From: a virus
Lineage: Duplodnaviria; Caudoviricetes
Strand: one strand, 5' to 3'
Length of the DNA stretch: 39,336 bases
IMG/VR virus record: IMGVR_UViG_3300038393_000662
Coordinates: 1-39,336 of that record
Shown: piece by piece, positions 8,267 through 16,548 of the stretch
Layout of the letters: each line of letters begins with the position of its first letter
Numbering within the stretch: position 1 is the first letter of the stretch
The notes under the pieces: generated by a model
What the model was told of the DNA's origin: nothing
The model's database searches: none
Seen by the model: only the letters and a program-made list of their open reading frames with translations
Position numbers and translations under genes: made by a program

Positions 8267-8514
8267 GGGGTGGCTGCTCCGATGTTGGCGAGAAGCGCGT
8301 CAATTTCGCGACGGTGCGCGGCGCACTTGCGGGTCGGCATCCATGATGCAGCGGCCTTAAGCAGCGGGACCGCTTGCCGCCGCCATTCGATCAGCTCGCG
8401 CACGGCGGCTCGCGCTGCCACCATCTCGTCAAACTCCGCCACCGACAAGGCGAGTGCGAAGCGTTCGTGATGCTTCGAGAGCACCGTCAGCACGTCAATT
8501 CCCTTCCCACTCAT
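8263..8514 (-). CDS. Hypothetical protein
   Basis: GGAG RBS, ATGA coupling. Confidence 0.7.
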   Translation of the reverse strand: MSGKGIDVLTVLSKHHERFALALSVAEFDEMVAARAAVRELIEWRRQAVPLLKAAASWMPTRKCAAHRREIDALLANIGAATP

Positions 8515-8903
8515 GGCGACTGCGGCTCCTTGAGGTTGGCGGAGGTGGCGAGGGCGATGGCGTCACGAACCTTCTGGCCGACGCTGCCTTCGTGCGGATC
8601 GGCACTCGGGTCGATCATGCAAATCAGTTCCAGCAGATCGCGCGCCTCAATAAGCGCATCCAACAGCGTCGGCGCGGCTGCGATCAGGCGGGCATCCGCT
8701 TCTCCGCTGTTGCTGCCGAACTCCGGACCGTCCTGCCCGTCAACCGTAGCGCGCGTTGTTTTGTTCCAGACGTAGGCCAGTTGCTCGACGCCTTCGGCAT
8801 CAACGCGATAGCCGCCAGCGTCATCCCACGTCGAATACTTGTGCGGCGGGTCGTAATGAAGCGACCACGGCCCCGGCGTGTGCTTCGTCTCATTGCGCTC
8901 CAT
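8511..8903 (-). CDS. Hypothetical early protein with HTPGPW..ADARLIAAAP motif
   Basis: Common lambdoid early-gene motif; GAGG RBS. Confidence 0.75.
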   Translation of the reverse strand: MERNETKHTPGPWSLHYDPPHKYSTWDDAGGYRVDAEGVEQLAYVWNKTTRATVDGQDGPEFGSNSGEADARLIAAAPTLLDALIEARDLLELICMIDPSADPHEGSVGQKVRDAIALATSANLKEPQSP

Positions 8904-9130
8904 GTGCGTTCCTCAGTTAGCTGCGCTTCGACTGGCGGGCGCGCATGTTGCGGCGCTTGCGGGCGTGGCGCTTCATTGCGGCCACGGAGATATGGCGATT
9001 CCGGAGCTTCGGGCGCCACGGACGCGCTGGGCCGTCATCGGCATAGGCGATAGGCGTCCAAGCAGGGCCTCCGAGAGCAAGGCCGGCAGCCGTCAACATC
9101 ACAACTCGGGTGGACATGTGCGTTCCTCAG
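8901..9130. repeat. 16-bp direct repeat CATGTGCGTTCCTCAG (8901-8916, 9115-9130)
   Basis: Identical RBS+ATG cassette of two adjacent genes. Confidence 0.9.
8917..9117 (-). CDS. Small basic protein
   Basis: GAGG RBS; hydrophobic N-terminus, Arg/Lys-rich tail. Confidence 0.65.
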   Translation of the reverse strand: MSTRVVMLTAAGLALGGPAWTPIAYADDGPARPWRPKLRNRHISVAAMKRHARKRRNMRARQSKRS

Positions 9131-9140
9131 GCGGCTTGGG

Positions 9141-9578
9141 TTAGAAGGGCGGGAGATCGTCGTCGGCGAAGTCATCGCCGGCCGGCTGCGCCTGGCGCTG
9201 CGGGCGCTCACTCCGTACCTGACGTGGTTCGCCGCGGCCATCCGCCTTCCCGCCGAGCATCTGCATTTCGTCCGCCACGATGTCCGTCGTGTACTTCTCG
9301 ACGCCGTCCTGCCCCGTGTACTTGTCGTAGCGGATCGAGCCCTCGACGTAGCACTGCGAGCCTTTCCGCAGGTACTCGCCGGCGATCTCGCCGAGCTTTC
9401 CGAAGAACTTGACGCGGTGCCACTCGGTGCGCTCCTGCGTCTGCCCGTCCTTGTCCTTGCGGACAGATGTCGTGGCGAGGCGAATGGTCGTCACCGCCAT
9501 GCCGCCCTGCGTGTACTTCGTTTCAGGGTCGTCGCCCAAGTTGCCGACGAGGATTACCTTGTTGATGCCGCGTGCCAT
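9141..9578 (-). CDS. ssb: Single-stranded DNA-binding protein
   Basis: [28 protein letters not shown]; acidic tail DDDLPPF. Confidence 0.97.
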   Translation of the reverse strand: MARGINKVILVGNLGDDPETKYTQGGMAVTTIRLATTSVRKDKDGQTQERTEWHRVKFFGKLGEIAGEYLRKGSQCYVEGSIRYDKYTGQDGVEKYTTDIVADEMQMLGGKADGRGEPRQVRSERPQRQAQPAGDDFADDDLPPF

Positions 9579-10241
9579 TTATGCCGCCCTCTGATAAAGG
9601 TTAGAAAGAATTTGCTGCGCTTCGCCCCACGCGCTTAGCGTGTGGGCCTGCAGTTCGGCGATCTTTGCCTCGTCGCGCTGCACTCGTTGCACGTAGAGAT
9701 TCAGCGGCGCGGGGAAATGCGGGTTGTAGGAAACGAAGTCCCACCAACTGCGGCCTGTTACCCATAGACCGCCTTGGATCTGTTCGATGTGCTCGGGAGG
9801 CAGGCCCTCACGCAACGTCGTGGCGTGGACGACGATCGACATCGGGCACTTGATCTCGCCACCGCCATCGTCATCCACGAGAAAGTCGGGAGACGCCCCT
9901 ACGAACGGGTAATCCGGATGCCGGATGAAACCGCACTGTTCGACCAGTCGCCCCGTGCGGGCTTCGTAGGCAGCCAGCGCCTCGGGCTCCATCTCTTTGC
10001 CGTAAGCAAGCGCGCGAGCGTGTGCCTGCTCAACGGGCCGGCCCGTCAGTATCTCGGCCACCACGCGGTCGATTTGCTCGAGTCGCATTTGGGGCGCTGG
10101 CTTCTGCTGCCCCTTACGCGGGCCGGACTTGAACTTGACGCCAGGCTCCCACCACAACGAACCAAGAATCGAAGCGGTAAAGCAGCCAGCCCGTTCGGCG
10201 AGCCAAGCATCGTTTCCCTGGTTCGGGTTGCCGCCGTCCAT
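9579..10241 (-). CDS. YqaJ/lambda-exonuclease family nuclease
   Basis: W..ER.G.FTAS, G.EME..A, GASPD, EIKCP, QIQGGLW. Confidence 0.92.
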   Translation of the reverse strand: MDGGNPNQGNDAWLAERAGCFTASILGSLWWEPGVKFKSGPRKGQQKPAPQMRLEQIDRVVAEILTGRPVEQAHARALAYGKEMEPEALAAYEARTGRLVEQCGFIRHPDYPFVGASPDFLVDDDGGGEIKCPMSIVVHATTLREGLPPEHIEQIQGGLWVTGRSWWDFVSYNPHFPAPLNLYVQRVQRDEAKIAELQAHTLSAWGEAQQILSNLYQRAA

Positions 10242-11005
10242 TAGCGGCGCTCCTTCTTGAGTTCCGCCTTGCGGGCGCTGTGATAGCTGCGCAGGCGGGA
10301 AAGCAGTCGGGCGGGCAGGCCGGCGGTCGCAATCTCACGTTCCAGTTTTGCGAGCGCGACAGGACTGGTGCTGTCCTTGATTGCCGCTTCAAAGTCGGCG
10401 ACCTTCGCCATGACTTCGTCGCTCACGCCGCTATTCGCGCCGTTGCCGTCGTCGTCGTCGCCGGTGCGTAGGTTGAAGATCATCAATGTGAGATAGCGGC
10501 GCGCGTAGGTAATGGCCGAGCCGCGGGCGTGGGTCGGCGTCTTGTTCACCGACCCCTGAATGCCCTTGTCATCCATTGGGTTGTCGTATTCGAAATGCTC
10601 GGAATGCCCGCCGACATGCTTCACCGTGCAGACGACACGGACGTGATTGGCGAGCGGAGACTCGGCGGTGCCAAAGCTCAGGCTGAAGCCGTGCCGGGTG
10701 TAGATCGGCGCGATCTGCTGGTTGATCCCATCAAGGGTGGCGTAGTCGCTGCTCGTCTGTGTGTTGTGGCGATCGCGCGCGATCATCGGCATTTCGGACT
10801 GCGCGGCTTTCATCGCATCTGCGTAGGCTCGCTCGGCCTGGCGCGCCTCCATGCGTTCGTGCATGGCAAACAGGCGCTCCATCTTCTCGACGTCTACGGA
10901 TGGATCGGCGGCGGCACGGGCCACCGCAGACATCAGGGCGGCGCTGTCGTTGATCGGGACGATGGCCGCGGACGGCTGCGGCTCGGACTTCTGCAATGCG
11001 GACAT
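10241..11005 (-). CDS. erf: ERF family single-strand annealing recombinase
   Basis: GSAITYARRY.L..IFNL.TGDDDDG motif; GGAG before ATG 11005. Confidence 0.92.
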   Translation of the reverse strand: MSALQKSEPQPSAAIVPINDSAALMSAVARAAADPSVDVEKMERLFAMHERMEARQAERAYADAMKAAQSEMPMIARDRHNTQTSSDYATLDGINQQIAPIYTRHGFSLSFGTAESPLANHVRVVCTVKHVGGHSEHFEYDNPMDDKGIQGSVNKTPTHARGSAITYARRYLTLMIFNLRTGDDDDGNGANSGVSDEVMAKVADFEAAIKDSTSPVALAKLEREIATAGLPARLLSRLRSYHSARKAELKKERR

Positions 11006-11021
11006 GCTCTCTCTCCTTGAA

Positions 11022-11180
11022 TCAGTGGAAGCCGAAGGCCAATGCAGCAGCAGCGGCCAGCAGCAGGGCAATGGATGTGGCGGGGCCGTACTGGTGGCGG
11101 CGGCGCCGGCGCGGGCCAGCCGACAAGGTCACGGCGTCGATGCCGTGCGCCAACAGGCGAACCTCAAGCCTCGCGTTCAC
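11022..11180 (-). CDS. Small protein with C-terminal TM helix
   Basis: GTGA coupling at 11180. Confidence 0.5.
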   Translation of the reverse strand: MNARLEVRLLAHGIDAVTLSAGPRRRRRHQYGPATSIALLLAAAAALAFGFH

Positions 11181-11557
11181 AGCGGCAGCTCCGGCAGCAG
11201 CGCGTAGCCCTCGTCCTCGGCGGCGTCGCTCGCCTGGTCGTGCAGGTAGACGGCCATGCGTGCGCGGATCAGGCGGCCGAGTTCGGCGTCGTCGTGGTGG
11301 CGGTACGCGAGCCACATGCCCTTCGACGGCTTGTTCGCCGCGTGCTCAAGCGCGTCGCGCAGCCTCGTGTCGTCCTGCTGGTACTGGCGCACCAGTTCGG
11401 GCGTGCGCTTGCCGACGAAGTCGGCGCGGGCGTGGTCGCGGGCTTCTTCTTCCGCTTCGGCGCGCTTTTCCTCGTCGGTCAGCGGTTCCGGCTCCGGAAA
11501 CATCCGGTTGAGCTGTTCGAACACGGGCCACAGCGGATTCAGGACGGCGGCGTTCAT
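11177..11557 (-). CDS. Hypothetical protein
   Basis: GGAG RBS, ATGA coupling at 11557. Confidence 0.7.
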   Translation of the reverse strand: MNAAVLNPLWPVFEQLNRMFPEPEPLTDEEKRAEAEEEARDHARADFVGKRTPELVRQYQQDDTRLRDALEHAANKPSKGMWLAYRHHDDAELGRLIRARMAVYLHDQASDAAEDEGYALLPELPL

Positions 11558-11688
11558 GGCGTCACTCCAATGACGTGCAGGAAGTCGCGCGGGAAGGCGA
11601 CCATCCAGCAGAGAAGGGCGGACAGGGCGTAGCAGGCGAACATCGCCAGCAGCTCGTCGGGGGATTCGGGAAAGGCGCCGCGGTTCAT
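11554..11688 (-). CDS. Small membrane protein
   Basis: ATGA coupling at 11688; one hydrophobic helix. Confidence 0.55.
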   Translation of the reverse strand: MNRGAFPESPDELLAMFACYALSALLCWMVAFPRDFLHVIGVTP

Positions 11689-11918
11689 GCGGCACCGCCG
11701 GGCAGGCACACCGGGCGCATAGCGATCTGGCGCCAGCGGAAGTAGCGCGCCGAGCGGTGGCCGATGCCCGCCACCCGCGCCCACGCCAGCTCGGCCAGCG
11801 GGTCACGCTCGGGGGAGTAGGGACGGCCCTTGGCGCACGGGTTGTGCGACAGCGACCAACGGCGGCGGCTTGGCGATTCCAGCCGGCCGGCTTCCTCGTT
11901 CCACTGCTGCTGTGCCAT
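11685..11918 (-). CDS. First gene of pL operon, Arg-rich hypothetical
   Basis: AGGAGG upstream; follows pL. Confidence 0.6.
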   Translation of the reverse strand: MAQQQWNEEAGRLESPSRRRWSLSHNPCAKGRPYSPERDPLAELAWARVAGIGHRSARYFRWRQIAMRPVCLPGGAA

Positions 11919-11960
11919 CCCCCTGCCTCCTGCCGGCGGGTCGCTGCCGGCTTGGAAACA

Positions 11961-12001
11961 AGATTAGGCGCTCCTTATTCCATTGTCAATAGGGGTTCCT
12001 A
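11961..12001 (-). promoter_or_regulatory. pL promoter with two operators
   Basis: TTGACA(11989-84)-17-TAATCT(11966-61); TAGG-N4-CCTW sites at 11965-11976 and 11990-12001. Confidence 0.85.
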
Positions 12002-12018
12002 ACTTTTTTCGTTCAGGC

Positions 12019-12043
12019 AAAAAAAAGGCCCGCTGGGCGGGCT
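12019..12043 (-). terminator. Terminator of the cI operon
   Basis: AGCCCGC-cca-GCGGGCC followed by T8 on minus strand. Confidence 0.85.
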
Positions 12044-12055
12044 AGGGAGGTGAGC

Positions 12056-12238
12056 TTATTCGCCGGCTTCGCGACGGAAGGTGGGGCAGCCTGCGTGGAC
12101 GCGCCGCAGTTGGCGATCCATCTCCTCTAGGCGAGGAAGCAGCACGATCAACCTACGAAGCGCGGCGCGCTCTTGGTCCGTCAGATACGGCTCGGTCTTG
12201 ACCGCGCGCCTCACGAACGGCAAAACCGTTGCGCTCAT
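12056..12238 (-). CDS. Small protein co-transcribed with repressor
   Basis: GGAG before ATG 12238; lies between cI and its terminator. Confidence 0.65.
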   Translation of the reverse strand: MSATVLPFVRRAVKTEPYLTDQERAALRRLIVLLPRLEEMDRQLRRVHAGCPTFRREAGE

Positions 12239-12245
12239 GACTCCG

Positions 12246-12785
12246 CTATCCGCGGTTGTGGTTTCTCCCTGGTGCTCTGCCGATTCGCTCACGCGCCGCC
12301 TCCCCTTCCTTCCTCAACCTGGCCTGTTGTTCAAACTCCCGCTCCTCATCGGGCGGTAGCCGCCCGCCTGCAAGTTTGAGGCGGGGAATCAGCGACAGCA
12401 CCAGATCCGAAGCAGAACGGGCGGTGCGCGGGCCTCCGTGGTCGAGGTCGAACAGAAGCAACGTCACCGCCTCGTGAAGGATGTCGGGGGTGAGTGTCAA
12501 CGTTTGCGACGCCGATTCCGATTGGGTGGATGAGTTAGCCGGCGTTGTGGTGTCTGACTTGTTCAACCGCATAGGACCATTGCCAGTTGACAGCCATTCC
12601 GGCCGCACGCCGAGCCGCTTTGCGGCCGCCAACAGGTTTGCGCCCTCTAGGCGTTTGGTGCGACCGGACAGCCAATCGGCCACGGAGGGAGGCTTGACGC
12701 CGCACGCGCGCGCCAGATCGACAGGCCGGACAACCGGCGGCCCCTTCATCGCCAGTTCTAGGCGCTCTTTAAGCGTGTTCCCCAT
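12246..12785 (-). CDS. cI: CI-like repressor (XRE HTH, no S24 domain seen)
   Basis: LKERL..DLARACGVKPPSVADWLSG..LGVRPEWL.TG.G; divergent from cro. Confidence 0.88.
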   Translation of the reverse strand: MGNTLKERLELAMKGPPVVRPVDLARACGVKPPSVADWLSGRTKRLEGANLLAAAKRLGVRPEWLSTGNGPMRLNKSDTTTPANSSTQSESASQTLTLTPDILHEAVTLLLFDLDHGGPRTARSASDLVLSLIPRLKLAGGRLPPDEEREFEQQARLRKEGEAARERIGRAPGRNHNRG

Positions 12786-12791
12786 CTCAGA

Positions 12792-12851
12792 ATCGTAGGT
12801 GCCGACAAATTCGGAATGCCTATTGACTTCCGAATAAGGAGCCCCTAACCT
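12792..12851. promoter_or_regulatory. OR region: pRM (-) and pR (+) with operators
   Basis: pR TTGACT(12823)-17-TAACCT(12846); pRM -10 TACGAT(12797-92); operators TCGG-AATG-CCTA 12811-22 and AAGG-AGCC-CCTA 12836-47. Confidence 0.82.
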
Positions 12852-12858
12852 ACGTGCC

Positions 12859-13056
12859 ATGAACGCATCCATCCGGCTAGCCAACAAGGTCATCAACGGG
12901 ATGGGGGGGACCAAGGCGGTCGCCGACCTCCTCGAGATCAAGCCGCCCTCCGTGAGCGAGTGGCGCAAGACCGGCATCCCGAAGGCACGGGCCCAAACGC
13001 TGCAACTCCTGCGGCCGGACCTGTTCCCGCGGAAGCGCGAACGGGCGGTGGTCTAG
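12859..13056 (+). CDS. cro: Cro-like repressor
   Basis: MGGTKAVADLLEIKPPSVSEW..GIP..R..L...RPDLF. Confidence 0.88.
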   Translation: MNASIRLANKVINGMGGTKAVADLLEIKPPSVSEWRKTGIPKARAQTLQLLRPDLFPRKRERAVV

Positions 13057-13080
13057 GTGAGACGGATTTCCTAACACGCG

Positions 13081-13110
13081 AGCCTGCTCTGGAGAGGGCG
13101 GGCTTTTTTT
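13081..13110 (+). terminator. tR1-like terminator
   Basis: AGCCTGCTCT-ggag-AGGGCGGGCT followed by T run. Confidence 0.8.
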
Positions 13111-13168
13111 GTAGCTGAACAGGGTTGTCCGACGCCGTCCGACGGTATCGGACACAGGGGGAAAGGGG

Positions 13169-13558
13169 ATGGAGAAGCAGCAAATTCCGCTGTTCGTGGA
13201 GGACTACAACGAGGCGATCCGCGCCACGGTGCAGGCCCTCGGCGGCTTCAAGCGCATCGGCGCGGAGCTGAAACCCGACATGGCGGTCGACGCCGCGGGC
13301 CGCTGGCTGTCCGACTGCTGCAACCCGGACAAGCGCGAGAAGCTGGCGCCGTCCGAACTCGCCTACATCCGCAAGCGCGCCCGCACCGAAGGCGTGCACA
13401 TCCTCGCCGCCTACGAGATGCGCGAGGCTGGCTATGCCGAGCCGCAGCCGCTCGAGCCGCAGGACGAACGGGCTGCCCTCATGCGCGACTTCATCCGCGC
13501 CCAGCAGGGCATGCAGGCCATCGTCGCGCGCATGGAGCGCATCGGCGGTGGGGCATGA
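13169..13558 (+). CDS. CII-like regulator
   Basis: Position after cro; GGFKRIGAEL..L..CCNPDKREKL pattern. Confidence 0.65.
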   Translation: MEKQQIPLFVEDYNEAIRATVQALGGFKRIGAELKPDMAVDAAGRWLSDCCNPDKREKLAPSELAYIRKRARTEGVHILAAYEMREAGYAEPQPLEPQDERAALMRDFIRAQQGMQAIVARMERIGGGA

Positions 13559-13749
13559 ACGACTGGACCCCCGACCAGCAACGCGCCGCGCTGCGAATGA
13601 AAGCCGCCCAGCTGCGCGAGGTGACGCTGCGCTGCGATGACGCGCTGCACTTCGCCCGCGAGCGCCGCTTCGAACAGTGGCGCCAGGACACGGTCTACCC
13701 GCAGGCGGTGAACCGCTGGCTGGCGGTGATCGGGGAGGGTGCCCGATGA
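13555..13749 (+). CDS. Hypothetical protein
   Basis: ATGA coupling at both ends. Confidence 0.65.
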   Translation: MNDWTPDQQRAALRMKAAQLREVTLRCDDALHFARERRFEQWRQDTVYPQAVNRWLAVIGEGAR

Positions 13750-14078
13750 GCGCCCAACTCGCCATCGACTTCCGCCGCCCCCATCGCCCGTACTGGCCGA
13801 CCACGCCGCTCTCCCTGCACCAGATGGCCGGCGCGATCCGCCTGGCCGAGCAGCAGGACGAGGCGGTCGTCGCCATCTTCCGCGCGCTGCAGTCGAAGCT
13901 CACGCCCTCGCAGGTGCACCGCGTCGGCGTCGCTAACGGGCGTCAGTGGCTCATCCAGAGCGTGCGTCGTTCGATGACCAACCTTGCGAACGCTGGAGTC
14001 CTGACTCACTTGCATGAATCCCGCATGGGGCCGCATGGCCGGCCAGAGACCTGCTGGCAGCTCCCGGAGGGCTCCTGA
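13746..14078 (+). CDS. Winged-helix DNA-binding protein
   Basis: LTPSQV..SVRRSMTNL..GVL..W wHTH pattern. Confidence 0.6.
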   Translation: MSAQLAIDFRRPHRPYWPTTPLSLHQMAGAIRLAEQQDEAVVAIFRALQSKLTPSQVHRVGVANGRQWLIQSVRRSMTNLANAGVLTHLHESRMGPHGRPETCWQLPEGS

Positions 14079-14079
14079 T

Positions 14080-14739
14080 ATGGACCGGGTGACACATCCG
14101 ATCGGGCAGCGATTCGGAAAGCTGGTCGTGCTCTCGACATTCATGCGGGGCGATCGCTACTACACCTGCGCTTGCGATTGCGGCGCGACCACTGACGTGC
14201 GCCGCACTCATCTTCTCCGTGGAATGACCCAGTCCTGCGGCTGCCTGCGCATCAAGCATGGACTGCTTCGCAACGGTGTCCGGCCGGACGGCGAAGCAAG
14301 CTGGCGCGGCATCAAGTCGCGTTGCGAGAGCCCCAACGACAAGAGTTTCCGTCATTACGGCGGACGGGGAATCTCTGTCTGTGAAAGGTGGTCTCGCTCA
14401 CTCGCGGACTTCCTGGCTGATATGGGACCGCGCCCGAGTCGCGCCCACTCCATCGATCGGATCGACGTCAACGGCAACTATGAGCCCGGCAACTGCCGTT
14501 GGGCTACCCCTACACAGCAGGCGAGAAATCAGCGCCGCACCGTGTTGAACGAGGAGTCGGCCGAACTCATCCGGCACCTGAGCCGCGAAGGGTTGAGTCA
14601 CCGCGAGATATCGATTGCTTTGAACATCAACAAGAGCACGGTCTCAGGTGTTGCCGCTGGGCATTTTTGGCGGCTGGCGGGTTCGCAGGTTGCATGCCCC
14701 CAGCAGGACTCTGCGGGCGTGGCCGTGGAGGCAACGTGA
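14080..14739 (+). CDS. HNH-type homing endonuclease-like protein with C-terminal HTH
   Basis: IGQRFGKL, CACDCG, SCGC, YGGRGI.VCERW, HSIDRIDVNGNYEPGNCRWAT. Confidence 0.85.
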   Translation: MDRVTHPIGQRFGKLVVLSTFMRGDRYYTCACDCGATTDVRRTHLLRGMTQSCGCLRIKHGLLRNGVRPDGEASWRGIKSRCESPNDKSFRHYGGRGISVCERWSRSLADFLADMGPRPSRAHSIDRIDVNGNYEPGNCRWATPTQQARNQRRTVLNEESAELIRHLSREGLSHREISIALNINKSTVSGVAAGHFWRLAGSQVACPQQDSAGVAVEAT

Positions 14740-15605
14740 GCGACACCTACACGAAGCTCTTTTCGTCCATCACGGAATCGACCGTGTGGGGCGAAGCGTA
14801 CGCGACCCGGATCGTGTGGGTGACGATGCTCGCGATGGCCGACGCACAGGGCGACGTCTACGGCGCCGTGCCAGGGCTTGCCCGTCGCGCCAACGTGACC
14901 CTTCCGGAAGTCGAGGCGGCGCTGGCTGCGTTCCTGACGCCGGATCCCTACAGCCGCACGAAGGACGACGACGGCCGCCGCATCGAGGAAATCGAAGGCG
15001 GTTGGCACTTGATCAACCACGGCAAGTATTCCGCCATCCGGGGCACGGACGAGCGCCGCGAGTACAAGCGCCAGTGGGACCGGGAAAACCGCCCCAGCGG
15101 CCATGCCCGCTCAGTCCGACAGCAGTCCGACAACAGTCCGACAAAACCCGACAGTCCGGCCCCACCAGCACTAACACCAACACCAGACCTAAAAGAGCAA
15201 GAGCAAAAAAGCTCTGCTCGGCAGGCCGAGCGGTTCGCCGACTTCTGGGCTGTCTACCCGAAGAAGGTCAAGCGGAAGGACGCCGAGGCGCTGTGGACGC
15301 GCCGGAAGTTCGACGCCATCGCCGATGCGCTCATCGCCGACGTGCTCAACCGCGCCGCCAACGATGACGGCTGGCAACGGGGCTATGTGCCCGACCCGAC
15401 GACTTACCTCAACCAGGAACGCTGGAACGACGAAGTGCGCGCTGCGCCGACCGCCCGCGCTGGGCCGGCAGCTCCGGCACCGAGCAGGGCGCTTCTGGCG
15501 ATGCAGAAAATTCAGGGGGTGAAACGTGGACTGGCTGGTAATCGAGCTGACGAACGGACTAACGAAGCTGGCGTCCCTCGGCTTGGCGTGGACACCGAGC
15601 TATGA
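14736..15605 (+). CDS. Replication initiator (lambda O-like)
   Basis: YTKLFSSITEST.W N-domain, linker with iterons, F..FW..YPKK..P..YLNQERW.D C-domain; GTG at 14736. Confidence 0.85.
   Translation: MSDTYTKLFSSITESTVWGEAYATRIVWVTMLAMADAQGDVYGAVPGLARRANVTLPEVEAALAAFLTPDPYSRTKDDDGRRIEEIEGGWHLINHGKYSAIRGTDERREYKRQWDRENRPSGHARSVRQQSDNSPTKPDSPAPPALTPTPDLKEQEQKSSARQAERFADFWAVYPKKVKRKDAEALWTRRKFDAIADALIADVLNRAANDDGWQRGYVPDPTTYLNQERWNDEVRAAPTARAGPAAPAPSRALLAMQKIQGVKRGLAGNRADERTNEAGVPRLGVDTEL
15112..15160 (+). repeat. Origin iterons
   Basis: CAGTCCGACA x3 at 11-bp period (15112, 15123, 15134) plus degenerate copies, followed by an A-rich tract. Confidence 0.8.
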
Positions 15606-15990
15606 CGTGATCGACGTGACCGTGGGGACGTGGCTGGAAGCCGTCACCATCGGCCGCGAGTGGGAGGAAACGCGCGACGCCCCGCGCATCCGCCAAGCGT
15701 TCGTGACGCTGGCGAATAGCCGCGAATCCTGGCCGGCTCCCAAGCATTTCCTCGACGCGCTGCCGCGAGTCGAACAGCGCGCGATGGGATACGAGGTCAA
15801 GCCGCTTACGCCGGAGCAGGCGGACGCGCGCATGGCACACATCCGCGCCATGCTCGACCAGCCCCTCCCGGAAGCATCTGGCCGCGAAGTGCCGGCCCGC
15901 CTGCGGAACACGACTGACGTCCGCGCGACGGAAGCGGCCCTGCGTGAGCACTACAGCGACCGCAAGAGCGCGGCGGCGGGTGACGCATGA
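15526..15990 (+). CDS. Replication accessory protein (P/loader-like position)
   Basis: Follows initiator; WPAP..F motif. Confidence 0.55.
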   Translation: MDWLVIELTNGLTKLASLGLAWTPSYDVIDVTVGTWLEAVTIGREWEETRDAPRIRQAFVTLANSRESWPAPKHFLDALPRVEQRAMGYEVKPLTPEQADARMAHIRAMLDQPLPEASGREVPARLRNTTDVRATEAALREHYSDRKSAAAGDA

Positions 15991-16193
15991 GCCCGTCGCG
16001 CGCCCGTCGCTGCACGTCCGTTCCGCGCATCGCCCGCGCCTTGGGTGAAGCCGGCCCTGCGCTGCTCGCCCTGTCCGACACCGTGCTCGCGCGCGATGTC
16101 ATGGATCGCTTTAGCGTCGGCCGCACAACCGCACACGCGGCGGTCGACCTTGCCCGCGCCAGCCGTCCCGATCGTTATGCGAGGGCCGCATGA
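15987..16193 (+). CDS. Small HTH-like protein
   Basis: VMDRFSVGRTTA; coupled. Confidence 0.55.
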   Translation: MSPSRARRCTSVPRIARALGEAGPALLALSDTVLARDVMDRFSVGRTTAHAAVDLARASRPDRYARAA

Positions 16194-16402
16194 GCCCGCG
16201 CAACTTCACCAGCGAATCCGGCCGCGCCGCGCAGGTGGTGCGGATGGCGGGCAAGCGCCGCGACGAGGACGAAACGTTCCAGCGCGCGAACGCGCCCGAC
16301 CTCTACACCTGCCCGCACTGCGGCGAAACCCTGAGCGGTCCGCCGAAGTTCTACACCTGCCCGAACGTGCTGATGGGCGACGGCGAGCGGAGAGTGGCAT
16401 GA
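16190..16402 (+). CDS. Small zinc-ribbon protein
   Basis: CPHC..C; coupled. Confidence 0.55.
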   Translation: MSPRNFTSESGRAAQVVRMAGKRRDEDETFQRANAPDLYTCPHCGETLSGPPKFYTCPNVLMGDGERRVA

Positions 16403-16548
16403 ACTGGCTCTGCCGCATTGGCCTGCACAAGTGGGTGGACGTCTATCGCTGGGCGGCGCGGACCTACTTCATGGGATTCCCATGCGGTCCTGGCTTTGCA
16501 CTTGTCGCCGAAAAGTGTCGCCGTTGCAAAAGACGGAGGAAGGCATGA
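16399..16548 (+). CDS. Small Cys/His protein (LCRIGLHKW..CRRC)
   Basis: ATGA coupling at both ends; common prophage motif. Confidence 0.55.
   Translation: MNWLCRIGLHKWVDVYRWAARTYFMGFPCGPGFALVAEKCRRCKRRRKA

Noticed and set aside
11685-11918. N-like antiterminator
   Set aside because: Position fits but no clear ARM motif or nut boxA/boxB found
12786-12977. N-terminal extension of cI (243-aa ORF)
   Set aside because: Overlaps cro and OR; the HTH begins at ATG 12785
15112-15160. Mini CRISPR
   Set aside because: No spacers; iteron pattern inside the initiator gene
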